Shown here one piece after another: positions 34,401 to 49,400 of a DNA stretch of 64,000 bases. Numbering within the stretch: position 1 is the stretch's first letter; each line of letters opens with the position of its first letter. The notes below the pieces were generated by a model. That model did no database searches, had not been told where the DNA came from, and saw only the letters and a program-made list of their open reading frames with translations. Position numbers and translations under genes: made by a program. The stretch lies in contig OZ037772.1 of NCBI GenBank assembly GCA_964035545.1, positions 8,983,150-9,047,149 on the forward strand, read 5' to 3'. This DNA is from Bugula neritina (Eukaryota > Animalia > Bryozoa).

Positions 34401-37400
34401 AGTCACCCCCAACTTGGTGCTGCTTCTAGCAATGTTCTCGTAAAATTGAATTCAATGAGTATTTCTTGATTTTTGAGAATTCTACTAAACTGATTTAGTA
34501 GAACTCTTCCAAAAAAACAGCCGCCAATATTAAAACTTTACTTCAATCTACACTGAAGTGGTATTTCTGGAAGATTGAGACACTGGGAATTGTCATACCT
34601 TCCCAAGGAAAGCAAAACTAGCTGAAAAAAACCTCCCTTTTGGCTTTGGTCCCAAATTTGGGCTATAGACAATTTAAATGGAGACATTTCAAATATTTTT
34701 TTTTTGTTGAGAAACTATTTACTAAGTTTTAGCTCTGAATGATCAAACAAAGCCTTAGGATCTATTTTTACATCAACTTACACAGAGTTCCAAAAACCGA
34801 ACAAGAGATGACAACTTTAAAGATGGACACAATGTTAAATATACGTTTTTAATGAGATTCAAAGGCCTAAGTTTTTAGAAGGAAGTCTTGCCAGTTGAAA
34901 TAATCATCCTACTGCTGAGTAGGCATAAACGCTATAGAACTGAGGCTATCCACCCTGTCAGGGTAGGGGTGGCAGTTCCACCGCCCCTGCTGAGAGAGGA
35001 TCTACGCCAGGCTCTCCCAGCAGGAAGAGCAGAAGATGACATTTTCAAACTAGCAGGTCACACGGCATGTCTCCTAGACAGACTGCGGGCATCTGATATA
35101 CTTCTTCTCAGACACAACTTCGTGTCACCGTTACCAGGTCTGATGTTGGTGACCAAATAGTTTGAGATCAGATGAAACTAATTCTAAGTGACCTTAGAGT
35201 GAATGTAGAACTATGAATGTAGTTGGGAGTGTATTGGAGTGAATGTGGTTTGATTTGGGAGTGAATGTAGTTTGATATTGAAGTGAATGTAGTTTGATAT
35301 TGGAGTGAATGTAGTTTGATATTGGAGTGAGAGTGAATGTAGTTTGATTTGAGAGTGAATGTAGTTTGATTTGGGAGTGAATTTAGTTTGATTTGGGAGT
35401 GAATGCAGTTTGATTTGGGAGTGAATGTAGTTTGATGTTGGAGTCAAAATAATATTGGAATGAAAATATCAATAGCTTATGAGAAGACAATTCTCAATAA
35501 CAATCTGATTCAATACAATGTACTACAGATAGAGGTAAGTGGGTAAATACCAGGTGAAGGTAATAAAACAAAACAGAAATGAAACAGACCAACATAATAC
35601 AGAACAATGAGGCAAATATTTATCACTTAATAAACAGCCTGTCAGAGTGAAACCCAGTAAACCCTTAAGTCAGCGGCAGCAAACATACAAACATAAATCT
35701 TTTAAAAAATTAGAACTTGATATACAGATGATAGAAACCTGCAAGAGCTGCCATTCTCGCACATTCTGTAGGATCTGAAGGCTATCTACTCAGTCCAAAG
35801 GAGAGAACACACTCTACAACATTTCTCTACAAACAGGCTGCCAACAATGAAAGAAAAGCAAAACCGGGATCGCTAAACATCCAACTAGTAAATGGATTAC
35901 AGGTGAATGATTTCTACCGACAGTCACACGTTGATGTGGCTCGGAGCTGCACCTCAAACTACAACTACTAATCTAGTTTCAGTATTTCCATAACTATATT
36001 AGAATTGTAGAAGTGAATTACTACTTAAGTTAGTGGAAGAAATCAATGTACTAGCAGAGTTCACTCACATGCACGATTGACACAATCAATACACAGAAAA
36101 TAGAAGTTATAAATACAGTCAGTTATTTATTACTCTTTCTTTATGACAACTAATAGCAGGTTTCCTGAGCACCTCTAACCTTACACTAAGTGTCAATGCT
36201 TAAAGTGAAATGACGCAAACTGCCATTATTTTAAAACATTAATTATTCAATGCCCGGATTTTGCAGGTAGATGCAGTAATGGAGAAATTGAGAGAAGCCT
36301 GTGTTCTAGATTAAAAATGTAGCATAAGAAGTTAGGTTCTCATGAGAATTTTAACCCGTGTCCCAAACCAAAATTAATTGATAAAATTAGAGAACTTAGG
36401 CTATCTCAATTTCTCCCTTACTGCTCCTAAATGGAGAGGATTTAAAAAGTGGAATATAAACTGACATCTCCATCACAAAGCAATGAACTAGGAGCCTAGG
36501 TGTCAGCAGAAATTATTCATACTTTAATCTCCAGTAACAGCACTGCAGAAGCTGAAATATATCTCATTAACCTGTTTTCTAAAATATGTCGATTGTTTAT
36601 CAATTTTTCCCCAGAGTAAAGTATTGTTTAGTTTTATCTGAACAAATATATTAAAGCCAATAGCTAATCAAGCTAATGAGACAAACTTAGAGCGACAGAT
36701 GCAGAAATGAAGAAACTGGGAAAGCCAGTGCCTTAGCTTAGAGTAAAGTTATATAATCTCCAAAAATTTCAGTCTAAAATTTTTACTGTAAAAGTCAAAC
36801 ATTCAAAATTCGATCATCAGAAAACAGGATGAAAAATTACGTCCAAGTGGGAACCTGCTTTTAGAGCAGAAGATTCCAGAAGAAGCAACCATGCATGCGC
36901 ACACATAGCCAGAAAACCAGATTCACTTCACAAAAACTTAGTTTTCCCAGAGAAAATATTACCCGGAGTTACCCTCACATTGAACACAGTTGAAACATAA
37001 AATTATTATCAAGCATGAATCCCATCATTATCTACCAACCACCTATCCACTACATATAGATACATTTATCCACTACATATAGAAACACCTATCCACTACA
37101 TATAGAAACACCTATCCACTACATATAGATAAATAGGTTCTTATGCTTGTTGAGACAATAAAATTGCACCTAAATATAGACATTTAGTAACAAGTGGAAC
37201 CCTTTGAGGTATAAAACAATACTAACAAAGATTGGCCTGTGTACCCTTACTGCTACTACACTACTATTTATGTTAAATAGCTCTCTTCAGTGTATTGCTA
37301 AGTGCCTAACACAGGCTAATATCAAAAACTGAAGTGTTTGGATGGCTTGCTATGAGATGCCATTATCCATAGAAACAGTACATTGTAAATGTGGGTAGCT

Positions 37401-40400
37401 ACAGGCTAATGTAAAGCTTAAGCATGTACAAAGATTTTAGTTGTCAAACTTTGAAAATAAGTGATTTACAATAAGTACATGCGTACCCAGGAGATACCCT
37501 TATGGAACTGTATATTGGATCAAATTATTATAAAACCAGATCTTGTTTATTTTGTTGCAAAATGTTTCTGCTTTCATCTAAGCATCAAAGACTGTAGAAT
37601 TGTAAAATGACTAAAAGCAAGGTTTTGACCATCTGTTACGAAATAGTGAATTCAGAAAATCCTTGTCACAAAAGAGCTAATGGTAGGTGCAGTAATGGAG
37701 AAATTGAGAAATGTAGCATAAAAAGTTATGTTTTCGAAAGAATTTCAAAATTCAACTACAAAATCAAAGAATACAGGCTACCTCAATTTCTCAGCTACTT
37801 TTCCTTAAATTTCACAAATAGTTACAAGTCTAACAAAAACGACTTATAGTATATAAGGACACGCCTTATTTCCTGTAAGAGAACATTCTGGAAGATACTG
37901 GACGCTCCAGGCTACGGGTCAAGGCCAATTGCATTAGGATATGACGAGAAAGATAACTCCACACTCATTCCACTCACCGATCCGAGCCTACTAGGCTGTC
38001 GTCCTTAGACTTGTTGGGCATGTCAGCGAGCGCTGACAATCCATTTGAGGTGACGTTGTTGGAAAAGTCCGATGCCTTCCGGCAGCGTTGCGAGAGAGTA
38101 GTAAGACTATCATCGGCAGCGTAACGATTAGCTGAAGGCAGCTTATTCTGAGCCCCGGCTAGAGGAAACATCTGCATAGCCAGACTTGCCAGCGCCCCAG
38201 TAGCAGTGTTCGGGGCGGCAGTACCTGCCTGAGGTCCATGTCTCCTCGAAATAACTGGCATATCTCAAGATGAAGCCCCCAATTTCAACTTTGAATCTCC
38301 GAATATAATCTGTCTGGGCGGAATTATTTCGGCAAAAACAAGACTGCCTTTAATTTCCAAGGAATAAGTAATAATTATCGAGCTACGTCAGCTATGAAAC
38401 CCAACTGCTACTGAACGTGCTGCCTTGAATAATTTATCATGTGCAACATCACCCGCCCAGCCTCTCTGTATGTTAGATACACTATTATTAAGAGTCTACT
38501 GTATGATGCCAATAATTAGCTCATCCGCACAATAGATTCCATGTTTATCAAATGAAAAGACATCAATTATTCATTTGGTCTGGCAAATTGAAAGATTGAT
38601 TTTACTGACATGTCTGAAATAGTCCTATACATTCATTAGAGTAGTAGAGCCCATGGTGGGCATCACTAGGACTATAGGAGAACCTTTTTCGGACTACCGA
38701 ATCCCTGCAAACTCGATAAGAGAATAACTCCAATGGTGCAATTTTAGTGACATAAATTTAGAGTGTGCATGGCTAACCAAAGCACATGAAACTTGGCAAA
38801 ACTCTTGGAATGACAGTTTAGCTATGTGAAAGTTATACTGATATATCTAACTGGTGTCCTTTCTAAATACCTATTCACTTCTAACCTTTTCACCTTTGAG
38901 CTTCTAGATACCTTTGCTTGTGTCAAAAATAGGCAGACAGCGGGCAAAGGTCAGAGGTCAAGCAGCTGCTACGATGACTAGCGAAGACACGTAATAGGGC
39001 TGAAGGTGTAAATCAATACATAATTTCATTGAACGTTCGAAGATTTCACAAGAACAAATAGGATCAATGAAGACAATACATTAGCCAATCAGGTGTTATG
39101 AATAAATTAGTAACTACTATAGGATTGCCAGAATAGCTGATGAGCTAACTGTAGAATATGCACCTGTTATTGGTTTAGATGATTGAATTAGTTGCTTAAA
39201 ATGTATTCACTCTAAAAGCCTTCATACGCACACTATCCTTTTACCAGTAGCAATGTTCTCCTAATGTATCCCTAACAACTAACACTGCACATTTTTCATC
39301 AAATTCAAAATATATTTCATTTGGTTTTAACTAAAACTGTGGAGAATTATCTCCCTTGGAAGAAATTCTAAGCGTAGGGCCACACGGTGCTTATTTTTGC
39401 AGACTAAAAGTTGAACCACAAGTAGAAAATGTGTCCACTGTATGGAAGGCCAGTGGAATTGAAAAACTACTAGCTAATGATATTTGCTCGCATTGTTTCT
39501 ATGGCTACACTTGCGGGATAAATAAAATTTTAATTTTTAAATCTCACTCGCTTTCAATAAAACGCAATTTAATGGAATCTAGCACTAAATTAGAAAGAGT
39601 GGGCTAGCAAAATAACTACCAGCCAATTAGGTGACGTCAACAGAAAATATGCTTGAGCCATAAGTGGGAATATTTTTTCAACTCGTAACATTCTTGTATA
39701 GCGGACACCTTTTTCTACCTATAGTGCAAATACGCTCCATGTGGCCCTACGCTAAGATTGGCAACTTTTCTTACCAAACCAAACTTGTATGGCTAAATAA
39801 TACAAAACATGTTCACGAACATATTGTCAAATTTTTTTTATGAAATGGCAAGAGTGCGATAATCTTAAGTTATGAAAATTTAAGCTAAACTGATTCACAA
39901 AAAAGCACAAAATTATTAACTTAATATTTTACAAAAAAATTCACAATGTTTTGTTTGGTGCAGAGATGGTCAGGATCTTGTTCATAGGCTTAATCAACAT
40001 GGACGAGTTCCAGGTAATACTTGCACCAAATTCTCACTGTTACAGCTCTATAGTCGGAGTCATTTAGGAGCAGTAGTGGAGAAATTGTGATAGCCTAAGT
40101 TCTTTAATTTTATTATTAAATCTTGGTTTGGGGAGCTGGTTGAAATTCTCGCTAAAACATAACTTCTTTTGCTACATTTCTAATCAATTTCTCCATTACT
40201 GCACCTACCTCGCCTGAGTATCAAACCAAGAGTTAGGGTCAAAATGCACCAAATAGATTGTCAAAACTTCAAGAATTAAGCTGAAACAATCAAACTCTAT
40301 GTCTACTGGAATGTTTGAATATCTAGGGCAGCCTTTAGCTGTCATCAACTCTTAATTGACAAATCCATTATTACCTAATCACATCAATTACTATCAATAA

Positions 40401-43400
40401 GTTGTTTAACTCCGAGATGGCCAGCTAGGTCCCCTGGCACGGCAATTAAGGACTAACACAAGTAGTCTGCTCATAATGGAGGAAAGAGTAAAATGCAGGG
40501 ACTCAAATCTGGTCGTTAGAGTACACAATTTTCCAGTTCACCTGCTGTCTTAGCTGCTTATAGGTCAGGATGAGATTCATAATAGCATTTATGCTGTGTG
40601 TGCTTACAAAGTATGCTTATACGAAGTATGCTTACATAAAGTATGCCTATACAAAGTCTAACAAATATAGGGGCCTTTAGATGTATGCTTAAACAGAGTC
40701 TATAGTTGGATAATTTTGTGGTCTTACACAAAAATATGATGCTTATATGTGCTTATACATGTTTAACCAGATAAGCATAAAACAGGCTCATTGCTATAGA
40801 TGGGTCAGGTTTAGACTGTAGATTAGCATTAACCGTGGGTGTTAGGAAGCTGAAGAAAAAGAATAATACTTGGATAGCTGCAAAAGAAACGAATTTCTAG
40901 CTACATTTTGCCCTGTATGAACCAAACCATAGAAGTAAACCTATAAACTAATTTCCTTTCCTTTAAACACTTCACCTTCAGAGTACTGCTATGGAATCTA
41001 AACTTAGTATATAGAGAAAGAAAGCTTGTCCAACTCAACGCTAAAACTAATTTCCTTACATACTGTAACAACCATTAGCTCAGGTGAAAACCTATAATTA
41101 GTCTAAGTATTTAGTAAATATTTAATTAAAATTATAATCAACTCATTAACAACTGCACAGATAATACCAGCTCAGACGTTAAGTTAATTAGAGAGAAACA
41201 GCAGCTTTAGCATCACACCTTTAGTTTGACCTACATAATATATAGGTCATAGGGTATAGTACACTACAGCAATATGCTATATGGTATAAGATACTATTTT
41301 AATATATGCTAATTGCTACATGTTGTAATATACAACTGTAATATATGCTATACTATATAATATTACAACTAAAAAAACTCAATATACAGGAATAAATTAT
41401 TTTCATTTGTTAAATCTTGGTTATTGGTTAGACTTAAAATATTTTAGATTTTTCCCGGTTACAAATTTCAAATTTCAGAAGAAATTAAATTCTACACTTG
41501 CTATTAAATGTTCTATACTGCCAACTTTGCATAAATGATGGTGCTTCAAATGTTTTCTACAAAAATATTATACAACATACTTTTCATGGGGAAAAGCTCT
41601 TTCCCTCAAATTACGTTTTAATTAATTAGCCATATTTTCTAAAACTCTAAAAATTCAACAGCAAAATTGAAGAACAATTAGGAATCGCGATATCTCCCTA
41701 ACAGCAAGTACAAAAGGGCACAACTCCTAACAACTAGCAAAATACTATAGTCCTAAAATTGCTGCATGACCTAGAATACCAAACCTATTTCTTACTCTCC
41801 GTGTTTAAACGCTGGACTACATATGGCGGTTACACACAAACATAATTCAGCACATTGAGGGTGGGAAAGGAAATGCGATCATATCATGCATGCAGCTGAA
41901 AAGGATATGTGGTTAAATCACCAAAACCCAGGCTAAGATTTACATATTTTATGCTGAAATGGTGGTAAGCCTAGGCTGGGAAATAATCCAATCTTTATGT
42001 CAAAATTAACTTACAAAAAATTACAAAAATCGAATTTGAAACATTGTAAAAGTAGCAATTCAAGCTTGAAAAAGAAATTTTACAACTGATTTTTCATGCA
42101 AATTTCAAAGCATAAAGATTGAATCAATGCGGGGGACATGCATACACACAGGAGTCGTGTTATTTACCTAAAAGATGGAGTTAGTCCAGCAACTCTAATA
42201 AAATATAGAAGGTAAATATGAAGTTAAAATGATAATATATCTAAGGTCAAACTTCAGGAGAATAAAAATATAACACTAGCAGCTTAGGGAAATCTAATTT
42301 GTGCGGCTAATTTTGGAGTTATCTTGCTTTTACTTTTAAACTAGTTAATAGGCCAGAAGAGCGCACTCTATGATGGGAACTGAAGCTACTATAATAGGCT
42401 TGTTTTGAAAACTGGTGAAATACGCTTTGTAATTTCAACAGCTAGCCGAATCATCATCACTATTTTCTGCTAGAGAGGAGGGTAGCTACTTAGCCTTATA
42501 TTTGTAAGCTATCACAAAGTTCTAGGCTAACGAATATGGTATTTTTCAGTTTACCGTGAAATGGAGTAAAAAAGGCAAGTTGGATCTAGCATGAGTCATT
42601 AGTATGACTGTTACATATCCAGAGAACTGTCTGTTACAGTAGAACGGTCACAGTATGACACGCCCCTCTAAGTAGCCATGTTGGATCATTTAGAATATTA
42701 TTTTAGCAATTAATATTGAATAAATAGGCTACATAAAAATTTTAACTCTGTGAATTTTTTCAACTACGAATCAGAAAAAAAGAGGACAAAATATGTTGAA
42801 TGGGCATACATATCACTCGTTTTCTGTTTATTTTTCAGCCAAAGATGATTAAAAAGATTTAATACTTGTTCCAGTTACGCTTAAAATCCATAGTAACTGA
42901 CAGAATAAATGATTTGCTAATTTCGTGACCGCGAGAGGGTGCAGTGAAAGAGCTGTCCAATTATAGAGTCAGTGAAATAACTACAGTTGAGTTAATTACT
43001 AATTAGCAAGAGTGACTACATTACGTAACAAGAGATAAGCCAACGGAACTGCTATACTTGGATGGAGTAGGCACCCACCCACATTATTAAACATACTATA
43101 CATGGCAATCAGGCTACAAGCAATTTAGAGAATAAATTCAAACTTACACAGCACTGAACTTTCTCTGTCGCACATCCCCTTTGCTTGCACTCTACAAAAA
43201 TATGTACAGATTAGCTGGTGAGGAAACCATCTCAAGAACCGATGTTTATACTTAATTTACGTAAATAGTACACTAGAAGGCTTTGGCAGTACCTAATGAT
43301 ACAATAGGTGAAACAAAACAACAGAAAACTGGAGTTGCTATTATTTCATCATCATGGGTCAAAGGAAAGCACCATATTAAGGGTCTTTTGAAGACTGATA

Positions 43401-46400
43401 AAAAGACGTTGAAAACATAGGCAAATATTGTTATCGTGGGAAACAATTTGCAGTTGATAATAAGATTACTAATCACTAATGATTGCTCGATAACATTACG
43501 CTTGAAAACTACTGGTATGCAGTCAGCTCTACTAGAAAACTTTAGTCGACTAGTTGATCAACACGAAATCAGCTATCCAAGAAATACCCACAAATGATGA
43601 TTTAAACATTATTCAATGTTTGTACAGAGGTTTTTTAGCAAAGAAGCAGATGCGGCAACAGAAAAATTGAAAAAAATCAGCTTCAGATGAAAATTGTAGT
43701 AAAAAACTTGTGTTCTTCCATCCCCCAAAAAGAGTAACGTTGTGTTAACGTTTCTCTTATAAAGATGCTGATTTAAAGAGTTTGGAAAATTGAAGTTTAG
43801 GTATTTTATTTCAAGTGCTTATTCTGAACTTAACATCGGTGAAGAACGGTAAGGATGAGAAAAACTGTTACTCTTACAGTATACATTCCTCATGACTTAT
43901 CAATACAACGAGGGGAAATGTGTACTCAAGTGTAATCATTCGTAGTACTCCTAACAAGCTCTGTAATTACTCTGTAGACAGTAAATCAATTGTATATGTC
44001 TAAATTTAGACACAGTCTGCTTATTTACATTATTTGAATAATTGAAATATTTACGAGTGGACTCACTAGTACACATAAGAACCCTGACTACTATATGATT
44101 CACTAATGCGATGATAAAACCAGAGCAATTGAATCTAAATATAAAATTTTAGAGGATTTTCCCAAGTAAAAAGTTGGTTCAAATTAGTAATAAAATGTGG
44201 GGGGGGGGTAATAGGGATTTCCCATAGATAACGCTAGAACATGCCGAGTTCCTGAAGCTACCCGAATAGCATAAACTGCTGGTAAAAAAGGAGATTAGGA
44301 TTATTTACAATAATAAAATTTAATAATTTGGGAATACAAGAGATTGGGCCAGTTTCACGCTGTACAATAAACATGTTGAAAAATACGCTGGAATAAGAAG
44401 TCTTAACAAAACTATACTAGTTTAAAAAACAACATTTTCAATATAGCTACAGTAACTATAAACATACAGTGCATACAGTTCATGACCTTTTTCAACAACT
44501 ACTTAAAATTTTTAATCTCTTTCAATCTGGCATTACGAAAAATTCAAGTAACAAATAACTTTCAGGAAGTTTTTGGCATAAAAACCACCTTATTAAAATA
44601 ATCGTTTTGAAGCAAATGCTTTGCTCGCATCTGAACAGAAACTTACAGTATATAGTAAAGTACAGTGCAATAATATTTAGCTAAACTAAGCTATAACATG
44701 GAAAGCATGCAAAGAAGCAGAGCAGGCACGAGGCAATACTACGCTAAAATGGAAAAGAATAAGAGAGAATTGAGGCTGGAAATGCAGAATATGGCAAGAT
44801 CGTGGGATGTAGCTATGAAGAGTGGATATAGTGAATTAAAAGTGGATGAAAAAAAAACCTACAAATTCTTGTACTTTCTCCATTCTTCTGTATATTTTGT
44901 TTAAAAATAACAAAAACTCACGAAAGAGTAGAAAGAGTTTTTGGAGGAATTGGAGCAGCGTCTGTCCAAGTCCACCTCACAGCTTCGAACTCGTCTGATG
45001 TCGTACGCTGCGTCGCCATCACCCTGCTGTGACCTATCTTTACTGCATGAGATTATAGGCAGGGCCAAAAACTTGCGTTTAAGAGCCTTAGTCATAATTT
45101 CGAGGACCGGCGATGCCGAGCGACCAAGACTGACTAACGGTGACCGGTGAGGTGCGGCAGCTGATGGCAAGTGCTCTGAATTTGAACCCAATGTCAGCTG
45201 CTGCCAATATCTACGTGTCTCAGATGAGTAGGCAATTATTCTAGTACAACGTCAATAACCCTTCATAGATACAAACATTCCGTTACATTCACACCGGTTT
45301 CTTCTACTACTATTCTTTCACGACAGATGTGATTAGTGTACTAAGCCATCAGGTCGATAGATTCATTATACAAATGATGACATCCAAGATAACGTGTAGT
45401 TTGTCAACATGGCAAATCTCTTCAACTCTTTCGCCATTAAATGTTAAGCACCTTTGATATTTGTTTAGATGTATGACTGAGTAAAGATAACCTATCAATT
45501 CCAAAGTTGCTTCCCCGAAAGACAAGCTTAAAATAGCCGACTGCAGTGTAAGTTAACTAACAGATTAGAGAGTAAATTTTGAATTTTGAAAATATTGGAG
45601 CCAAAAGGCAAAAGTAACAAAATTGTCCAACTACTTAATACAAGAGAGATAATTATTACCAATGTCAAGAGCATAGATAATACAGTTATAGGTCAATAGA
45701 CTGTTGACTTAACTTTTTAAAATTAGAGAAAACTAAGATTACAGGCTAATAGTATCATTTACTTGACCCAATAGTTGAAGTGCCGTCCAAATGAACCGTG
45801 TACAACTAGGATGACTCATCGCCAAGTTAAATTAAAATAAAAATCACTTTTTTCGAAAACAAAAAATGGTTAAACAAAGTAATTTTTGGGACTAGTAGGG
45901 CATGCAAAGAAGAAATGACTTAGAGCAAGAGATGAGGAGTAGAAATGGCGTTGAGAAAATGTGGTGGCATGGAGCATGGCAGAGGGGAAAACTCCAAAGC
46001 TTGTGGAAATGTGGTAAATTGCAGCTAAAATAAAACAAAAGCAAATAGTATTATCAAATGCAATGCATTATGGGAGAGAACAAACAAAACGGGACTTTGA
46101 AATTATATCCTTTTAGAGCTTAAAGAATACCTGACACACTTTATCTATGCAAAGTGTAAGGGAGTCTTTAAATATGCAGAAATATATTGGCTACAACTCA
46201 AATTACAGTATCTATGTACCCAAGATCATTGAACCTACGGACAATGTCCTAAACTATTCACAGCTCGGACAACAGGATTGTGAGAGAAAATAGCAAAAAG
46301 TAATTAATATTGAAAAACTATACCTAGCTAGAAATTTCAACAGCTTTGTTTATGGGCTGTTGTTACAGACACCCTTGCTGATGTCGTTTATTAGATCTTA

Positions 46401-49400
46401 GGTTATACAATAGCGTATTGCACTCAACACTAAGTGAAATCAATTTGATATCAGTTATGATATCTCTTACAATGTCATCACGTAATCACAATTAAGGTCA
46501 ATACATAATCAATCTAAAGTTTATTATACTACACATGTTAACGTGTATGCTTGAAAATGACTAGTAGCTAATGATTGTAACGTTGGTTGATAATATTCTA
46601 CTGAAACTATAAAATATATCAAATATGCAACTAATTGCCATCATTGTGAATTTCTATTGAAAATAGGCTATTTTCATTTTCAATATTTTAACAGATAGTA
46701 ACTTTGACTCTTGATATTTGTAACTGCATTAATTTATAGCATGTGCTTCAAACTTCTAAACCAACCTATAGTGATTATTCTGTGTGTTGCAAGGGCTAAT
46801 TACATGTAAAAAAGTTATCAATGATCCGTGTTATTCCTCTAACACTACCTGTACCAAGTGCTCACTATTTAATTGAAGACATTAATGTACAAATTTACAG
46901 TATAACCAAATTTGTTGGGTACACAACTCTGAATTTGCACTTAGTTGATAGCCAAGATATTTCTGGATGCTTTAACTAAAGCATAAGTTTCATGGTTTCC
47001 ATAGCAACATCTACATTTCCTGAATGCATGGCGTAGAGACGCTCAGACATTACTACTACCTACTATTCAAAAATAAACTCAACATTAGGTTAACCTTGAC
47101 ATATTTACAAATAACCTTCACCTGTTCAAACGCTAGTTGGTTCATCTGCTGCTGCAGAAATCTAGTCTGAGTAGGAGTTGTCAACACGCTGTCGGGAGTT
47201 GTGTAACTTTTACTTCTTCGCATTAATCCAGTTAAAGTCTTTCTTTGTACCGGAGACTTCGTCAGAAGTTTGGCATCAGACTTCCTGTGTTGAAGTGAGG
47301 GCGGGGAGTCACAGGAAGTTGGAGAACTCGGGAGACTGGGAGGCGGAGAATCCCCGAAAGTGAAAGAGGCTTTGGCCGGCTGACAAGGCAGCGCGCATCT
47401 CTGTGAGTCATAAGTCAGCGCGGACATATTTGCATCTGGCGTCATCGTTGCCTCGCGATAGCTCGAATCGGCTGTGGAATTATTCCGAGTGTTCGCACAG
47501 GAAGACGAGACTGTCTGTTTGGCACTTCCTGTTGGTGAGCACATTTCCTCACCGTAGCCGGTCAGTGATTGGTTGGCTATGTCGTCTGTTGAAAGCTCCG
47601 GGTTAGAGAAAGACTTGTGGTTCAGAGAAGGGTTTGTGTCGGCCGACTGATCTTGAACAGGAAGTAGCGCCTCAAACTCCACGCTACTCGCACCCTGAGC
47701 AGATGATGGCTCCCCATTGGTCATCGGACTTCGCGACGAGACTGTACTCTTGTCTTTTGGCGTGGACACAAAATCTGAGAGTGTGGCTTCCCTACTGCAG
47801 CTCAGGTGCATGCTGGTACTGGTTAGCTCCTCCCCTTCCTCCGTGATAGCCGACAGGTCTATTGGTGCAACTCTGCAGCAATCCTCATCCTGTGACCTTC
47901 TCGGTAACTCCGGGGCGGCGCTGTCTTTCAGTGTGCTGCTGTTGTTATTCGCACTCACGGGAACTGTGATGGCCTGCTTAGCTTCCTGTTTGGTGTAGTC
48001 CGCTAGGTGCAGACAATCGCTGGTTGTCTCCCCGCTGTTGCTGCTGACGTTACGGAGCTGCTGCGTGGAGCAGAGGTCGTCGGCCATCGCCATCATGCTG
48101 TCGGTGAAACTGGGCCGCAACTTTAGAGGAAACGACTCCAAGCCCTCGCAGCAAACTTCATCACCTTCTGTACATTCCGATGATTCGCTCACCTGTATAC
48201 CCTGCAACCAATCAAATAAGAGATAAGAATATTTATACCACATGATAAGCCCATTCAACACCAAGATACAAAATTTGAAATACTTGAAGATGATATCTTA
48301 GATAAATAAAATCTTAGAAAGAATGATTATAAAAACCAATTTGGTGTTGATGAGAACAAAAATTTAGTGACTGTTTCCAATAATAAAATGCTGAATGGTA
48401 TTTATATAATATTATATCATATAAAATAATATAATATTATATAATATATAATATTATATTATATAATATAATATAATATTATATATTATAATATAATATA
48501 ATATTATATAATATAATATTATATATTATAATATAATACAATATTATATAATATAATATAATACTGAAAAAAAACCTACATAACTGCAAGCCTCCGTTAA
48601 ACAGCAAAGATCACCAAACTAGTAGGTAAGTAAACCAATCAACTCTCATACTAAAATGTTGGACATTAGCTATTGCATTCCCAATACAGTTTAACTGAAG
48701 GATTACTCTACTGATGTAGTGATTTTTAGTGCATAAAAATTACTTTTGTCTACCTGTCTCTTACATACTTCTGTGTACAATATGATAAACCAGCATCTTT
48801 GAGCTAGTTAACATGATGTGGGTTGCTGTCTTTTCAGTATATACATCACATATCTAATGGTTAGTGCATGATACCACATACCATACTAATGAACAATTAT
48901 AATTTATAAAAGCAGTATTCATAGAAAATTTTAACTTTGTACCTAAGACTATAGATATAGCTCAAGGATTTCATAACTGACTAATTCATATTTGATAAGG
49001 CAGAGTTATCAACCCTTGGAATTGGTTTTTAATATTGTAGAGTGAGTTACCCTCTCTTAGCTTTCTAACTTATATTTTATTCTCTGTTTGAGAATGATTT
49101 GACTGAAAAATATCTAAAATAAAATTTTGCAGCCACACCCATTACGGTAGTTGAACTGAGGGAAATCAGTTCCACTTTGACTTACTATAGGAGTTATTCT
49201 TCCCTAACAAATCATAAGAACAACAACTTAACCCTTTCATGCGCAGCGTCCACGTATGTGGACACTACTTTTTTTGTACCAAAACAGGTCAAATTTTAAG
49301 AATTCACACTTTTTAGTAGATTACTCAGTATTGTTAAAGGGTTTTCCATGCTATTGACAAAAAAAAATTATGCACTTAGGTCAAGGTCAACTGATTGGAA

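Noticed and set aside
35197-35445. CRISPR-like periodicity
   Set aside because: Head-to-tail repeats without unique spacers in a eukaryotic genome; no cas genes.
43148-43175. Met-Cys start MCDRESSVL as an RGS first exon
   Set aside because: That frame ends in phase 1, which fits no downstream exon; the same segment read from the 43191 acceptor is the phase 0-to-2 connector exon.
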